Assembly (NCBI GenBank): GCA_039630545.1
Contig: JBCNUU010000005.1
Location: forward strand, 1-64,000
Length of the DNA stretch: 64,000 nt
Direction of reading: 5' to 3'
DNA from: Endomicrobiia bacterium
GTDB taxonomy: Bacteria; Elusimicrobiota; Endomicrobiia; DTEH01
Part shown: piece by piece, positions 1-9,068 of the stretch
Numbering within the stretch: the first letter of the stretch is position 1
Layout of the letters: the number at the start of each line of letters is the position of its first letter
The notes under the pieces: model-generated
Databases searched by the model: none
What the model was told of the DNA's origin: nothing
The model's input: the letters and a program-made list of their open reading frames with translations, nothing else
Program-made: the position numbers and the translations under genes

Positions 1-182
1 TTAAAAAATCACGAATTATCGTGTATTTTTTGTTGAAATATAAAGTATTAAGTCAAAGAAATAAATTAACATAATATAACTTATAGGAACTTGTTTTAGA
101 GGAGGTAAGAAAAAGTAATGTTTCAAAGTTATATAATTTTTGATTGTTTTTTTAAACTAAAAAATTTGTTTTTAAAAATATT

Positions 183-902
183 TTAGTTTTTATTTTCCAG
201 TCCTAATTTTTTAAGAGAAGATAAAAGTTCAGAAATATCAGGTTGAGTTTTTATTACAGGTTTAGTAAGGGCAGCATAAACTAATGGCATCTCTAAAATA
301 ACTGAAATACATCTTGAAATAGTTGATGTTTTTCCTGTAGTAAAAAAGGTATAGTTTATGTCTTTTAAAATTTTATAGGTTTTTTTTAAAGTTTTAAAAT
401 ACTCTGAAAAATCTGATATTTTTGCTACAACTTTTACTATATAGTTTTTTATTCTTTTGTCCTTTATATAGTTTTTAATTTGTAAAAGCTCTTTATAGAG
501 AGTGTTTTCTTTATACTTTTTAAGAAAATGAATAGAAAAAATTATATTTTTTTTGTTTTTCTTTAAAAATTCATAAATTTCGTATTTGATAGGAGATTTA
601 AATTCAATATCTACAAAATTGAATAAATTTTTAAAGGTTTTTAAGAAGTTTAGTATTGTTTCTTTTCTTTTTTCTTCACTTATTTTAATTTTTCCCCCTT
701 CTTCAAATTTACGAAAAGTCAGAATTAATTGAATGTCAGGGAATTTTTTTTTAAGAATGGTTGCTATAGATGCGATTTTTTGAAGATCTGGATAAAATGT
801 ATCTACTCTAATTTCTATTGCATAGATAAATTTGTAGTATTTTTTTATTTTTAAGAATTGATTATAAAAACGGTCATTTATTAAAACGCAAGCTATTTTC
901 AT
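183..902 (-). CDS. aroD: Type I 3-dehydroquinate dehydratase (divergent)
   Basis: Motifs EIRVD, TFRxxxEGG, VDIE, SxH and the Schiff-base Lys (IVKVV). Start moved from 929 to the ATG at 902, which forms an ATGA overlap with the queH stop. Confidence 0.75.
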   Translation of the reverse strand: MKIACVLINDRFYNQFLKIKKYYKFIYAIEIRVDTFYPDLQKIASIATILKKKFPDIQLILTFRKFEEGGKIKISEEKRKETILNFLKTFKNLFNFVDIEFKSPIKYEIYEFLKKNKKNIIFSIHFLKKYKENTLYKELLQIKNYIKDKRIKNYIVKVVAKISDFSEYFKTLKKTYKILKDINYTFFTTGKTSTISRCISVILEMPLVYAALTKPVIKTQPDISELLSSLKKLGLENKN

Positions 903-1432
903 TTTTTTATGTTGTAAATGCAGCCACAATAATTTTGAATATAAAAATCGTTTTTTTTGGCAAATTCTATTGTTTTTTTAAATCCGTCCTTTTTCTTAAA
1001 ATCAATTTTTAAAAACTTTTCTTTATTTATACTTTCAGCAATTTCAAAAATAATCTTTGAGTTTTTATGAGGGCTAATTGTTAAAGTGGTAGTAAATAAT
1101 TCACAATTTAGTTTAGAAATGTTATTGAAGGTTTCTTGTAAACGAATTTTATAACATAAATGACATCTTTTGCCTCTTTCTGGTTCATCTTTTAGATCTT
1201 CACATAGTTTTATCCATAAAGATGGATCATAGGTAGGAAAGATTATATTTATTTTATAAAGTTGCTGAAGTTTTTCAACAACTTTTTTTCTTCTTAAAAA
1301 TTCTTCCTCAGGGTGTATATTAGGGTTAAAAAAAAATCCTGTAACTTCAAAATTTTCTTCTATAAGTTTTTCTATGCAATAACTTCCACATACCCCACAG
1401 CATATATGAAGAAGAACTCTCTTTTTTACCAT
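899..1432 (-). CDS. queH: Epoxyqueuosine reductase QueH
   Basis: LLHICCGxC, FFNPNIHP, RCxxCY, FTTTLxISPHK and QNYCGC motifs. Confidence 0.92.
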   Translation of the reverse strand: MVKKRVLLHICCGVCGSYCIEKLIEENFEVTGFFFNPNIHPEEEFLRRKKVVEKLQQLYKINIIFPTYDPSLWIKLCEDLKDEPERGKRCHLCYKIRLQETFNNISKLNCELFTTTLTISPHKNSKIIFEIAESINKEKFLKIDFKKKDGFKKTIEFAKKNDFYIQNYCGCIYNIKK

Positions 1433-2172
1433 TCTTTACTTCCATAAATGATGGTGCCGGGTTTATCTACTAAGCTGGATTTTACTTCTAATTTTACATT
1501 GTATTTTTTGGCTACTTCAATTGATCTTGCCATCATCACCTGAGCACCAGTTCCTGCCATTTCTAACATTTCTTCATAAGTTAGATAGTCAATTTTTTTT
1601 GCTTCTGGAACAATTCTTGGATCTGTCGTGAATACACCTTCCACATCAGTATATATTTCACAAATTGGACTTTTTAATTTTGCAGCTAAAGCAATCGCTG
1701 TAAGATCTGAACCACCTCTTCCTAATGTGGTAATATCCTCATTAGGATTTATTCCCTGAAAACCAGCTACTATTACAACTTTTCCTTGTTTTAGATATCT
1801 TTTTATTCTTCTTGTATCAATATCAATAATTCTCGCCTTTGTATGAAATTCATCAGCGTATATTCCAGCTTGTGGTCCTGTTAGAGAAATTGCTTCACAG
1901 CCCATCTTATGTAGCGCCATAGCTACTAAAGCAATTGACATTTGTTCTCCGGTGGATAATAACATATCTAGTTCTCTTTTATCCGGATTATCTGTTATTT
2001 GATAAGCTTTTTCTATAAGTTCATCAGTAGTATCTCCAGGAGCAGATACTACTACCACTACATGTTTATATTGTTTTTTTCTTTCAATAATAATCCTTGC
2101 AGCATTTTTTATTCTATCTACATTTGCTACAGAAGTTCCTCCGAATTTCATTACTATGGGTTTTATTTTCAT
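1426..2172 (-). CDS. lysC: Aspartate kinase, catalytic domain only (no ACT domains)
   Basis: KFGGTSV, VVVSA, TTLGRGGSD and YTDVEGVFTTDPR motifs. Ends at 248 aa. Confidence 0.88.
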   Translation of the reverse strand: MKIKPIVMKFGGTSVANVDRIKNAARIIIERKKQYKHVVVVVSAPGDTTDELIEKAYQITDNPDKRELDMLLSTGEQMSIALVAMALHKMGCEAISLTGPQAGIYADEFHTKARIIDIDTRRIKRYLKQGKVVIVAGFQGINPNEDITTLGRGGSDLTAIALAAKLKSPICEIYTDVEGVFTTDPRIVPEAKKIDYLTYEEMLEMAGTGAQVMMARSIEVAKKYNVKLEVKSSLVDKPGTIIYGSKEW

Positions 2173-2254
2173 TTTTTGTCCCCTTTAAAATTTTTGATAA
2201 TTTTTATAAAAAAATATCTTGAAATTCAATAATTTGTTAAATTAAAAATAACTT

Positions 2255-2659
2255 ATGAAACATACACTAAAAACAAAAATTTACTATGAAGATACCGATG
2301 CCGGTGGTGTAGTGTATTATGCAAATTATCTAAGATATTTTGAACGTGCAAGAACAGAGTTATTGGAATCCTGCGAAATTAAAATTTCAGAATTTGCTAA
2401 AGAAGGGTTTAATTTTGTAGTGGTAAAAGCAGAAATAGACTATATCTCAGCAGCAAAACTTGGTGATGTTCTAGAGATACAGACAAAACTTATAGAACTT
2501 AAAAAAGCTTCGTTAACTTTTGAATATAATGTTATAAGAGAATCTGATAAAAAAATTATTGCAAAAGGTATAACAAAACTCGCTTGTGTAGATAAAAACT
2601 TCCGTCCTACAAAGATACCTGAAGAAATTCAACTAAAACTTTTAACTTACAAAGAGTAA
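2255..2659 (+). CDS. ybgC: YbgC/FadM family acyl-CoA thioesterase
   Basis: YEDTDAGGVVYYANYLRYFERARTE hot-dog fold signature. Confidence 0.88.
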   Translation: MKHTLKTKIYYEDTDAGGVVYYANYLRYFERARTELLESCEIKISEFAKEGFNFVVVKAEIDYISAAKLGDVLEIQTKLIELKKASLTFEYNVIRESDKKIIAKGITKLACVDKNFRPTKIPEEIQLKLLTYKE

Positions 2660-2663
2660 AAGT

Positions 2664-3329
2664 TTAAAAAATTTTGTTTTGTTTAAAACTATAATACCCT
2701 TCTTTAGAAATTATAATATGATCTAATACTTCTATTCCCAGAATTTCACCTGCTTTTATTAATCTTTCTGTAAGTTTAAGATCTTCTTCTGAAGGTTCTA
2801 AACTACCAGAAGGATGATTGTGTGCAATGATAATCTGACAGGCAAGATTTTTTATTGCAGGCTCAAAAACTTCTCTTGGATGCACTAAGCTTGCATTTAT
2901 TGTACCTATACTGATTATTTCAAAGTTTATTTCCTGATTTTTAGTATCAAGATAAAATACGAAAAAATGTTCTTTTTTGGCAGTCCTGTAATCAGATAAT
3001 CTCTCATATACATCCTGGGGTTTAAGATAAAGATAAGTTTTTTTTCCATTTAAAAATCTCTTTCCTAATTCAAACGCTGCAACAATGCTACACGCACGTG
3101 CCTTTCCTAAATTTAAAAAATTTTTTAACTCATTAACTGAAACGAAGGGTAGATCTTTTCCATATTGTTTTATTAATTTTTTAGCTAATTCTATAACATT
3201 GTTACTTTTAGTTCCGGTGCGAAGAATAATTGCTAAAAGTTCTTCATCTTTTAGTTTATCTGGAGAATTATATTTTATAAGTTTTTCTCTTGGTAAAATT
3301 CTTTCTAATAATTTTTCTTTATTTTTCAT
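2664..3329 (-). CDS. radC: RadC family JAB-domain protein
   Basis: LPREKL, ELLAIILRTG, VHPREVF, HNHPSG..SEED and LDHIII motifs. Confidence 0.93.
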   Translation of the reverse strand: MKNKEKLLERILPREKLIKYNSPDKLKDEELLAIILRTGTKSNNVIELAKKLIKQYGKDLPFVSVNELKNFLNLGKARACSIVAAFELGKRFLNGKKTYLYLKPQDVYERLSDYRTAKKEHFFVFYLDTKNQEINFEIISIGTINASLVHPREVFEPAIKNLACQIIIAHNHPSGSLEPSEEDLKLTERLIKAGEILGIEVLDHIIISKEGYYSFKQNKIF

Positions 3330-3370
3330 GAATAAAATGTTTTAATATAAAAATTTATTTATAAGATTTT

Positions 3371-3690
3371 ATTTATATTCAATAATGTAAATTTTGCAGT
3401 TCATAACTAAATGTCTTTAATAATTTTTTAGAAACTTCCATTATATTGTTAGCACTAAGATTTTCTTCAAAAAAATAGTTTGTATTGTTAATTTTAATAG
3501 GAACAAATAACTCATCTTTATTGTGGGTTCCCAGAAGTCCAGTATTTGAGCTTCTAGAATTACTTCTTTTTGTGCTGTCTTAATAATGTGGGATATTCTT
3601 TGTTTGGCCTATTTTTACATTAATTACTTTTATTCCTGTAGAAATCAATTCAAAAATTTTTATAGCATACAATAACTTGTTTTTTGACAT
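3371..3690 (-). pseudogene. Decayed ORF remnant, possibly GIY-YIG/T5orf172-like or restriction-associated
   Basis: Manual translation: MSKNKLLYAIKIFELISTGIKVINVKIGQTKNI, then frame-broken segments EAQILDFWEP and KDELFVPIKINNTNYFFEENLSANNIMEVSKKLLKTF. Family assignment is from recall only. Confidence 0.45.
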
Positions 3691-3705
3691 TTTTAGTTAA
3701 GTTTA

Positions 3706-3783
3706 TGGTCGGGGGTGGCGGATTTGAACCGCCGACCTCACGGTCCCAAGCCGTGCGCTCTAATCCAGCTGAGCTAACCCCCG
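3706..3783 (-). tRNA. tRNA-Pro (UGG), CCA encoded
   Basis: Cloverleaf: CGGGGGT/ACCCCCG acceptor stem, CACGG-CT TGG GA-CCGTG anticodon arm, GGCGG-TTCAAAT-CCGCC T arm, ends ACCA. Confidence 0.97.
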
Positions 3784-4568
3784 GTGTAGATGGTTTCTTT
3801 TATAATTTTAATCATCTGATTATGAATTTTTTTGTTTGATGCAACAATAGTTTTTCCAAATAAATAGTTTTTCCCACCAGTATAGTCTGTAATTTTCCCA
3901 CCAGCTTCTTGAACTATCAAAGAACCCGCTGCGACATCCCATACCTGTAGGTTCTCTTCCCAGAAGCCGTCAAAAATTCCCTCTGCTACCATACATAAAT
4001 CTAAAGCAGCAGAACCTAACCTTCTTACTGCTTGCGCTGTTATTGCAAATTTGTTAAATAGCTTGAATAATCTTTTTGGATTTTTATGTGTATAATAAGG
4101 AAAACCTGTTACTAATAGGGAATTATATAAATTTTTTACTTTAGAAACAAGTATTTTTTTGTTATTTTTATATGCCCCTTTTCCTTTTTTTGCATAGTAG
4201 AAATCTTCAGTTATTGGATTGTAGATTATTCCTTCTGTAATTTCTTTATTTTGCATTATTGCTACAGAAATACAAAATATTGGGAGTTTATGAGTGAAAT
4301 TTACTGTACCATCTAAGGGGTCAATTATCCAGTATCTTATTTCTGGATTAATTTCTTCTTCCAACATGGGACAGCTTTCTTCACATATAATTTTATCATT
4401 TGGAAAATTTTTCAAAATTATATTTTTAATTGTGTTTTCTGACTCCTTGTCAGCTTTTGTTACAGGATTGTTTTTTGATTTAAATTCTATTGGTATATTT
4501 TTACAATAAAAATATTTTTTCAAAATTTCCCCAGAAGTTTTTACTATTTTTATTAAAAACTCTTTCAT
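3774..4568 (-). CDS. suhB: Inositol monophosphatase family protein
   Basis: VTKAD, EE, WIIDPLDGTVNF, RRLGSAALDL and WDVAAG motifs. Confidence 0.9.
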   Translation of the reverse strand: MKEFLIKIVKTSGEILKKYFYCKNIPIEFKSKNNPVTKADKESENTIKNIILKNFPNDKIICEESCPMLEEEINPEIRYWIIDPLDGTVNFTHKLPIFCISVAIMQNKEITEGIIYNPITEDFYYAKKGKGAYKNNKKILVSKVKNLYNSLLVTGFPYYTHKNPKRLFKLFNKFAITAQAVRRLGSAALDLCMVAEGIFDGFWEENLQVWDVAAGSLIVQEAGGKITDYTGGKNYLFGKTIVASNKKIHNQMIKIIKETIYTGG

Positions 4569-5098
4569 TGTAAAAAATCAGTTATCTTTAAAAGTATCTT
4601 TTTAAATGAAGAAAGATTATTGATTTTTTCTTCAGTATTTTTATCCATAAGAATTATATAGAAATTTTTAAATTTCCCTTTTTCAGTTACACGGATATAT
4701 GTATGTTTTGTATATTTATCTTCCCAGATGTAATATTCATATAAAAAATTTTCTTTTGTTTCTATTAAAATATTTGGTTTTCCGTAGTTTATTAAAGCCT
4801 GATTGTATATATTTGACCAGTCATCTTCATTTATAAAATTTTCGTTATATATAATTGTAATTTTAAAAACTTTGTTATTAAAAAATGAGATTAAGGTATT
4901 TAAATTATAATTTTCTGTATAAATTATTTCGTAAGTTTTAAAAATCTCTTTATCTGAAACACTTCTTTTAAGTTGATATTTTTGTTTTAGATTTTTATAA
5001 TCTTGACCAAGAAAAATATCCATTAAACCTCTTGGCAATTCAGAAGAATCTACTAATGTATATAGTAAAAGAACAACGTTTACATATTTTTTAAGCAT
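4565..5098 (-). CDS. Hypothetical protein, possibly exported
   Basis: 177-aa ORF coupled to suhB by an ATGA overlap. Short hydrophobic N-terminus, no family recognised. Confidence 0.65.
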   Translation of the reverse strand: MLKKYVNVVLLLYTLVDSSELPRGLMDIFLGQDYKNLKQKYQLKRSVSDKEIFKTYEIIYTENYNLNTLISFFNNKVFKITIIYNENFINEDDWSNIYNQALINYGKPNILIETKENFLYEYYIWEDKYTKHTYIRVTEKGKFKNFYIILMDKNTEEKINNLSSFKKILLKITDFLQ

Positions 5099-5111
5099 CT
5101 TGATAATTTTA

Positions 5112-6680
5112 TTAGTGTTTAAAATGTCTTATTCCTGTAAATACCATAGCGATATTATATTGGTCAGCTGCTTTTATGGAATCTTCGTCTCTTAAAGAGC
5201 CTCCTGGTTGAATTATAGCAGTAACGCCTATCTTTGCTGCTTCCTCTACTACATCTCTAAACGGAAAAAACGCATCAGAAGCTAGCACTAAAGGAAGACT
5301 TTTAAGTTCTTCTAAAACTTCTTTGTTGATTTGATTCATTTTTATAGCAGCTATTTTTAACGCATCGATTCGCGACATTTGTCCTGCTCCTATTCCTACT
5401 GTTTGAGTACCTTTTGCTAAAACGATTGTGTTGGATTTTACATATTTTGCTACTTTATATGCAAAGATTAAACTTTTTAACTCTTCATCAGTTGGTTTTC
5501 TTTTTGTTACAATTTTGAAGTTTGTTTCATCAAATAATATTAAATCTTTATTTTGTAGTAATAAGCCGCCATCAATTTGTCTTATTTCTTCTTGTTCTGT
5601 TTTCGTTTTTAGAAGTTCAGGTAAAACTAATAACCTTAAATCTTTTTTCTTTAAAAAACATTCTTTTGCTTTTTGAGTATATTCAGGTGCAATTATGCAC
5701 TCTGTAAACAATTTTGTAACTTCATAAGCAGTATCATAGTCTACTTGATAGTTAAAAGCTATGATTCCTCCAAATGCTGATACAGGATCGCATGCTAAAG
5801 ATTTTTTATAAGCTTCAACTAAACTGTTTGCTTCTGCAACACCACATGGATTGTTGTGTTTTATTATTACACATGCTGGGTTTGAAAATTCTTTTATTAA
5901 ATTTAAAGCCGAATCAAGATCAAGATAATTGTTGTAAGACAATTCTTTGCCTTGAATTTTTTCTGCTTCTACTAAACTTTTTGATGAGTTATCATATCTG
6001 GTGAACTTATAAACCGCAGCTTTTTGGTGTGGATTCTCTCCATATCTTAAATCTGATACTTTTTTAGCACTAATTACTAATTCGTTAAACTCAAAAATCT
6101 CTTTTGATGACGACTTTATAAACCAATTAGAAATTATACTATCATATCTTGATGTATGAAGAAAAGCTTTAGCAGCTAAATATTTACGGAAGTCAATATC
6201 TATATTTGAATTTTTTAATCTATTTATTATTTCATTATAATCTTTAATATCAACCACTACTATAACATCTTTGTAATTTTTAGCAGCTGCACGGATAAGA
6301 GATACACCTCCAATATCAATATTTTCAATAATTTCTTCTTCATCAAGAGTTTTTGTAACAGTTTCTTCAAAAGGGTAAAGGTTTACTACAACTATATCAA
6401 AAAATGAAATTCCGTAATTTTTAACTTCTTGAAGATGAGTGTCGTTGTTTCTTTTTGCTAAAATTCCTCCAAATATTTTAGGATGTAGTGTTTTTACTCT
6501 TCCATCTAAAATTTCTGGAAATTCTGTATAACTTGAAATTTCAGATACATTGATATTATTTTGTTTTAAAGTTTTAGCAGTGCCACCTGTGGAATAAATC
6601 TTGAATCCTATTTTTGTTAGTTCATCTGCAAATTCTACTATTCCTGTTTTGTCAGATACACTTATTATAGCGTTTTTCAT
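5112..6680 (-). CDS. purH: Bifunctional AICAR transformylase / IMP cyclohydrolase
   Basis: SVSDKTG, STGGT, GRVKTLHP, LRYGENPHQ, KHNNPCG, SDAFFPF and FTGIRHFKH motifs. Confidence 0.97.
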   Translation of the reverse strand: MKNAIISVSDKTGIVEFADELTKIGFKIYSTGGTAKTLKQNNINVSEISSYTEFPEILDGRVKTLHPKIFGGILAKRNNDTHLQEVKNYGISFFDIVVVNLYPFEETVTKTLDEEEIIENIDIGGVSLIRAAAKNYKDVIVVVDIKDYNEIINRLKNSNIDIDFRKYLAAKAFLHTSRYDSIISNWFIKSSSKEIFEFNELVISAKKVSDLRYGENPHQKAAVYKFTRYDNSSKSLVEAEKIQGKELSYNNYLDLDSALNLIKEFSNPACVIIKHNNPCGVAEANSLVEAYKKSLACDPVSAFGGIIAFNYQVDYDTAYEVTKLFTECIIAPEYTQKAKECFLKKKDLRLLVLPELLKTKTEQEEIRQIDGGLLLQNKDLILFDETNFKIVTKRKPTDEELKSLIFAYKVAKYVKSNTIVLAKGTQTVGIGAGQMSRIDALKIAAIKMNQINKEVLEELKSLPLVLASDAFFPFRDVVEEAAKIGVTAIIQPGGSLRDEDSIKAADQYNIAMVFTGIRHFKH

Positions 6681-6768
6681 AATGTAATGTTTTTCTCCTT
6701 TTTAACAAAATTTAATTAGAGAACTGATGTAAGAAGAGAAATTGCTTTATAATTTTTAAATATTTTAC

Positions 6769-6797
6769 TTGATTTTTTTAGAATAATTTATTATAAT
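6769..6797 (+). promoter_or_regulatory. Sigma70-type promoter for tRNA-Gly
   Basis: TTGATT (6769-6774), 17-nt spacer, TATAAT (6792-6797), 33 nt upstream of the tRNA. Confidence 0.7.
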
Positions 6798-6830
6798 TTT
6801 AAAAAATTCATTTCAACACATGGAAAATTT

Positions 6831-6905
6831 GCGGGCGTAGTTCAGTTGGTTAAGAACGTCTGCTTGCCAAGCAGAAGGTCGTGGGTTCGAATCCCATCGC
6901 CCGCT
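6831..6905 (+). tRNA. tRNA-Gly (GCC), CCA not encoded
   Basis: GCGGGCG/CGCCCGC acceptor stem, TCTGC-TT GCC AA-GCAGA anticodon arm, GTGGG-TTCGAAT-CCCAT T arm, discriminator U at 6905. Confidence 0.97.
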
Positions 6906-7408
6906 TATTTTGCTACCAACATAATAATTTCTTTTATTCCCACGGTAGAAGTTATTACTATTATTCCTGCAAAAAGTATTCCCAAAAAAATTGCAATTGT
7001 AGATTTCCATAAATTAAGACCAAGTATATAGCTTGCTAAACACCCACTCCATGCACCTGTCATTGGAAGAGGTATTCCTACAAATAGAGTTAAACCTATG
7101 TATTCATATTTTTCAATATTTTTTGCTTTTGTTTTTACTTTACTTAACCACCAATTAAAAAAATTTCTATACCAGGAAATTTTCATAAAATATTTATGAA
7201 GAGTATTCAAAAATAAAAGAAAAGGAATTACAAAAGAAAAATTGCCAATTATGGCTATCAAAAATGTTTTAGTGATACTTAATTTATATATACCTACTCC
7301 TACAGGAATTGCTCCTCTTAGTTCACTTACAGGCAAAATGGATAATATAAATACTATGATTTCTGAAGGTAAATTTAATTTTGATAACGTATCTATTATT
7401 GTGTTCAT
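6905..7408 (-). CDS. Small multi-drug export family membrane protein (COG2426-like)
   Basis: LPVSELRGAIP and LFVGIPLPMTGAWSG motifs, several transmembrane segments. Confidence 0.85.
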   Translation of the reverse strand: MNTIIDTLSKLNLPSEIIVFILSILPVSELRGAIPVGVGIYKLSITKTFLIAIIGNFSFVIPFLLFLNTLHKYFMKISWYRNFFNWWLSKVKTKAKNIEKYEYIGLTLFVGIPLPMTGAWSGCLASYILGLNLWKSTIAIFLGILFAGIIVITSTVGIKEIIMLVAK

Positions 7409-7416
7409 AAGTTTAA

Positions 7417-7776
7417 CTATTCTTCTAAGATTTTAATTATTTCCTCTAGCGCATTTTTTATTTCTTTCAATATCTGTTTTGTATTTGCTGTTTCAAAATC
7501 TAAATTTAAAGTATATTCTTTTGCTTTTTTATTTTTGCCAAAAAATTCTTTTAGAGCTTTCTTTGCGCCCTCTATTGTGTATTTTTTTTCCCACATAAGT
7601 TCCTTGATTTTGTTAACAATAGGGATATGTTCATCTGTATACCTTCTGTGACCTTTTTCTGTTTTCAAAGGTTTAAGATGGTTAAATACACTTTCCCAAT
7701 ACCTTAGCACATACTCTTCTACTCCGGTTTTTAAAGAAAACTCTTTGATGGTATAGTATTTTTTGTTTTGTGTCAT
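7417..7776 (-). CDS. MerR-family HTH regulator
   Basis: YYTIKE...GVEEYVLRYWESVF..LKP.K..GHRRY and YTIEGAKK. Adjacent to an HU/IHF gene. Confidence 0.88.
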   Translation of the reverse strand: MTQNKKYYTIKEFSLKTGVEEYVLRYWESVFNHLKPLKTEKGHRRYTDEHIPIVNKIKELMWEKKYTIEGAKKALKEFFGKNKKAKEYTLNLDFETANTKQILKEIKNALEEIIKILEE

Positions 7777-8060
7777 TTCTTGATCTGTTTTGTGTTTAGT
7801 AAGTTTATTAAAGTTTTAGAAGGAACAAATTTAATCCTTTTTCGTGGCTCTATTGGAATATATTTTTTCTTTCTGGGATCATACATTTTTTTTGATTTAT
7901 AAAATTTAGGAATAAAACTTCCAAAATTCTGAATCGTAACTTTCTCTCCAGAAATCAAACAATCTTTTATATTTTCAAAAATTAAATTAACAATTTTGTT
8001 TGCTTGTTGTTTGGTAAGAGTAAATCTTGATATTAGCTTTACTAAGTTATTTTTGTTCAT
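7773..8060 (-). CDS. HU/IHF family DNA-binding protein (divergent)
   Basis: MNKxxL start, GEKVTIQNFGSF, arm DP, KFVPSKTL. Confidence 0.85.
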   Translation of the reverse strand: MNKNNLVKLISRFTLTKQQANKIVNLIFENIKDCLISGEKVTIQNFGSFIPKFYKSKKMYDPRKKKYIPIEPRKRIKFVPSKTLINLLNTKQIKK

Positions 8061-9064
8061 ATTAAATATCCTTCAAATTCAGATTTTAAACTTCTGGATA
8101 ACAAAGTTTTTATTGAGTTGTAAGGATCTTTATTTTTATATACTATCTTATAAAGCTCCTCTGCAATTGGAAGTTCTATAGATTGTTTTTTGGAGAATTT
8201 ATATATAGCTTCCAGAGTAGATAAACCTTCTATAGTAGTTTTTACTTTTTGCTTTGCTTTTTTTATATTTTTATATATTGTTAAATATTCTCCAAAGTTT
8301 CTATTTCTTGAAAACTTAGAGTAAGCTGTAGTTAAAAGATCACCTAAACCAGCTAAACCAAAAAAAGTCTTGGGGTTGCCACCTAAAGCTTTTCCAACAA
8401 TTAGCATTTCTTTCAAAGCTCTAGTAAGTAAAGCAGATTTTGCGTTATTGCCAAGTTTTAGTCCATCACATATTCCTGCTGCTATTGCGTATATGTTTTT
8501 TATAGAAGCGGCTATTTCTACGCCAATTATATCTGAATTGGTATAAATTCTTAAAAATTCAGTAGATAATAATTTTTGTAACTTTTCTGCCAGTTTGAGA
8601 TTGGTGGAGGCAAGGATTACTGCTGTAGGTTTTTTAAGTGCTACTTCTTCAGCATGCGATGGACCACTTAATGCAAGTATTTGGTCATAGTTTATAGATA
8701 AAATTTCATTTATTAGTTGAGACTGTGTTTTTAAAGTACCGATTTCAAGGCCTTTAGTGCATGAAATAAAAATTTTATTTTTTATATTTATAGATTTAAT
8801 TTTTTCTAATGTGCTTCTTACATGTATAGATGGAATAACTAACATTATAATATTACATAACTGGATTTCTTTTAAGTTGTTTGTTATGTTAATTTTTTTG
8901 GATAATTTTACTAAATTATAATATTTAGGATGACGATGTTTTATTAAATAATTGAATCGTAATTCATCTGGCTCCCAAAGATATATTTTAAATCCTTTTT
9001 TAGAATATATTGCTGCCAGGGTACTTCCCCAGCATCCTGCGCCAAGAATAAATATTTTTTCCAT
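8057..9064 (-). CDS. gpsA: NAD(P)H-dependent glycerol-3-phosphate dehydrogenase
   Basis: GAGCWG, TKGLE, LSGPSHAEEV, KNIYAIAAG, GLAGLGDL and SRN motifs. Confidence 0.95.
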   Translation of the reverse strand: MEKIFILGAGCWGSTLAAIYSKKGFKIYLWEPDELRFNYLIKHRHPKYYNLVKLSKKINITNNLKEIQLCNIIMLVIPSIHVRSTLEKIKSINIKNKIFISCTKGLEIGTLKTQSQLINEILSINYDQILALSGPSHAEEVALKKPTAVILASTNLKLAEKLQKLLSTEFLRIYTNSDIIGVEIAASIKNIYAIAAGICDGLKLGNNAKSALLTRALKEMLIVGKALGGNPKTFFGLAGLGDLLTTAYSKFSRNRNFGEYLTIYKNIKKAKQKVKTTIEGLSTLEAIYKFSKKQSIELPIAEELYKIVYKNKDPYNSIKTLLSRSLKSEFEGYLI

Positions 9065-9068
9065 AAAA

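Noticed and set aside
6681..6830. Possible ZMP/ZTP or purine riboswitch upstream of purH
   Set aside because: No recognisable conserved aptamer or GC-paired stems. An Infernal scan would settle it.
6813..7031. Short ORFs 6813-7010 and 6846-7031
   Set aside because: Shadow translations of tRNA-Gly and the convergent gene.
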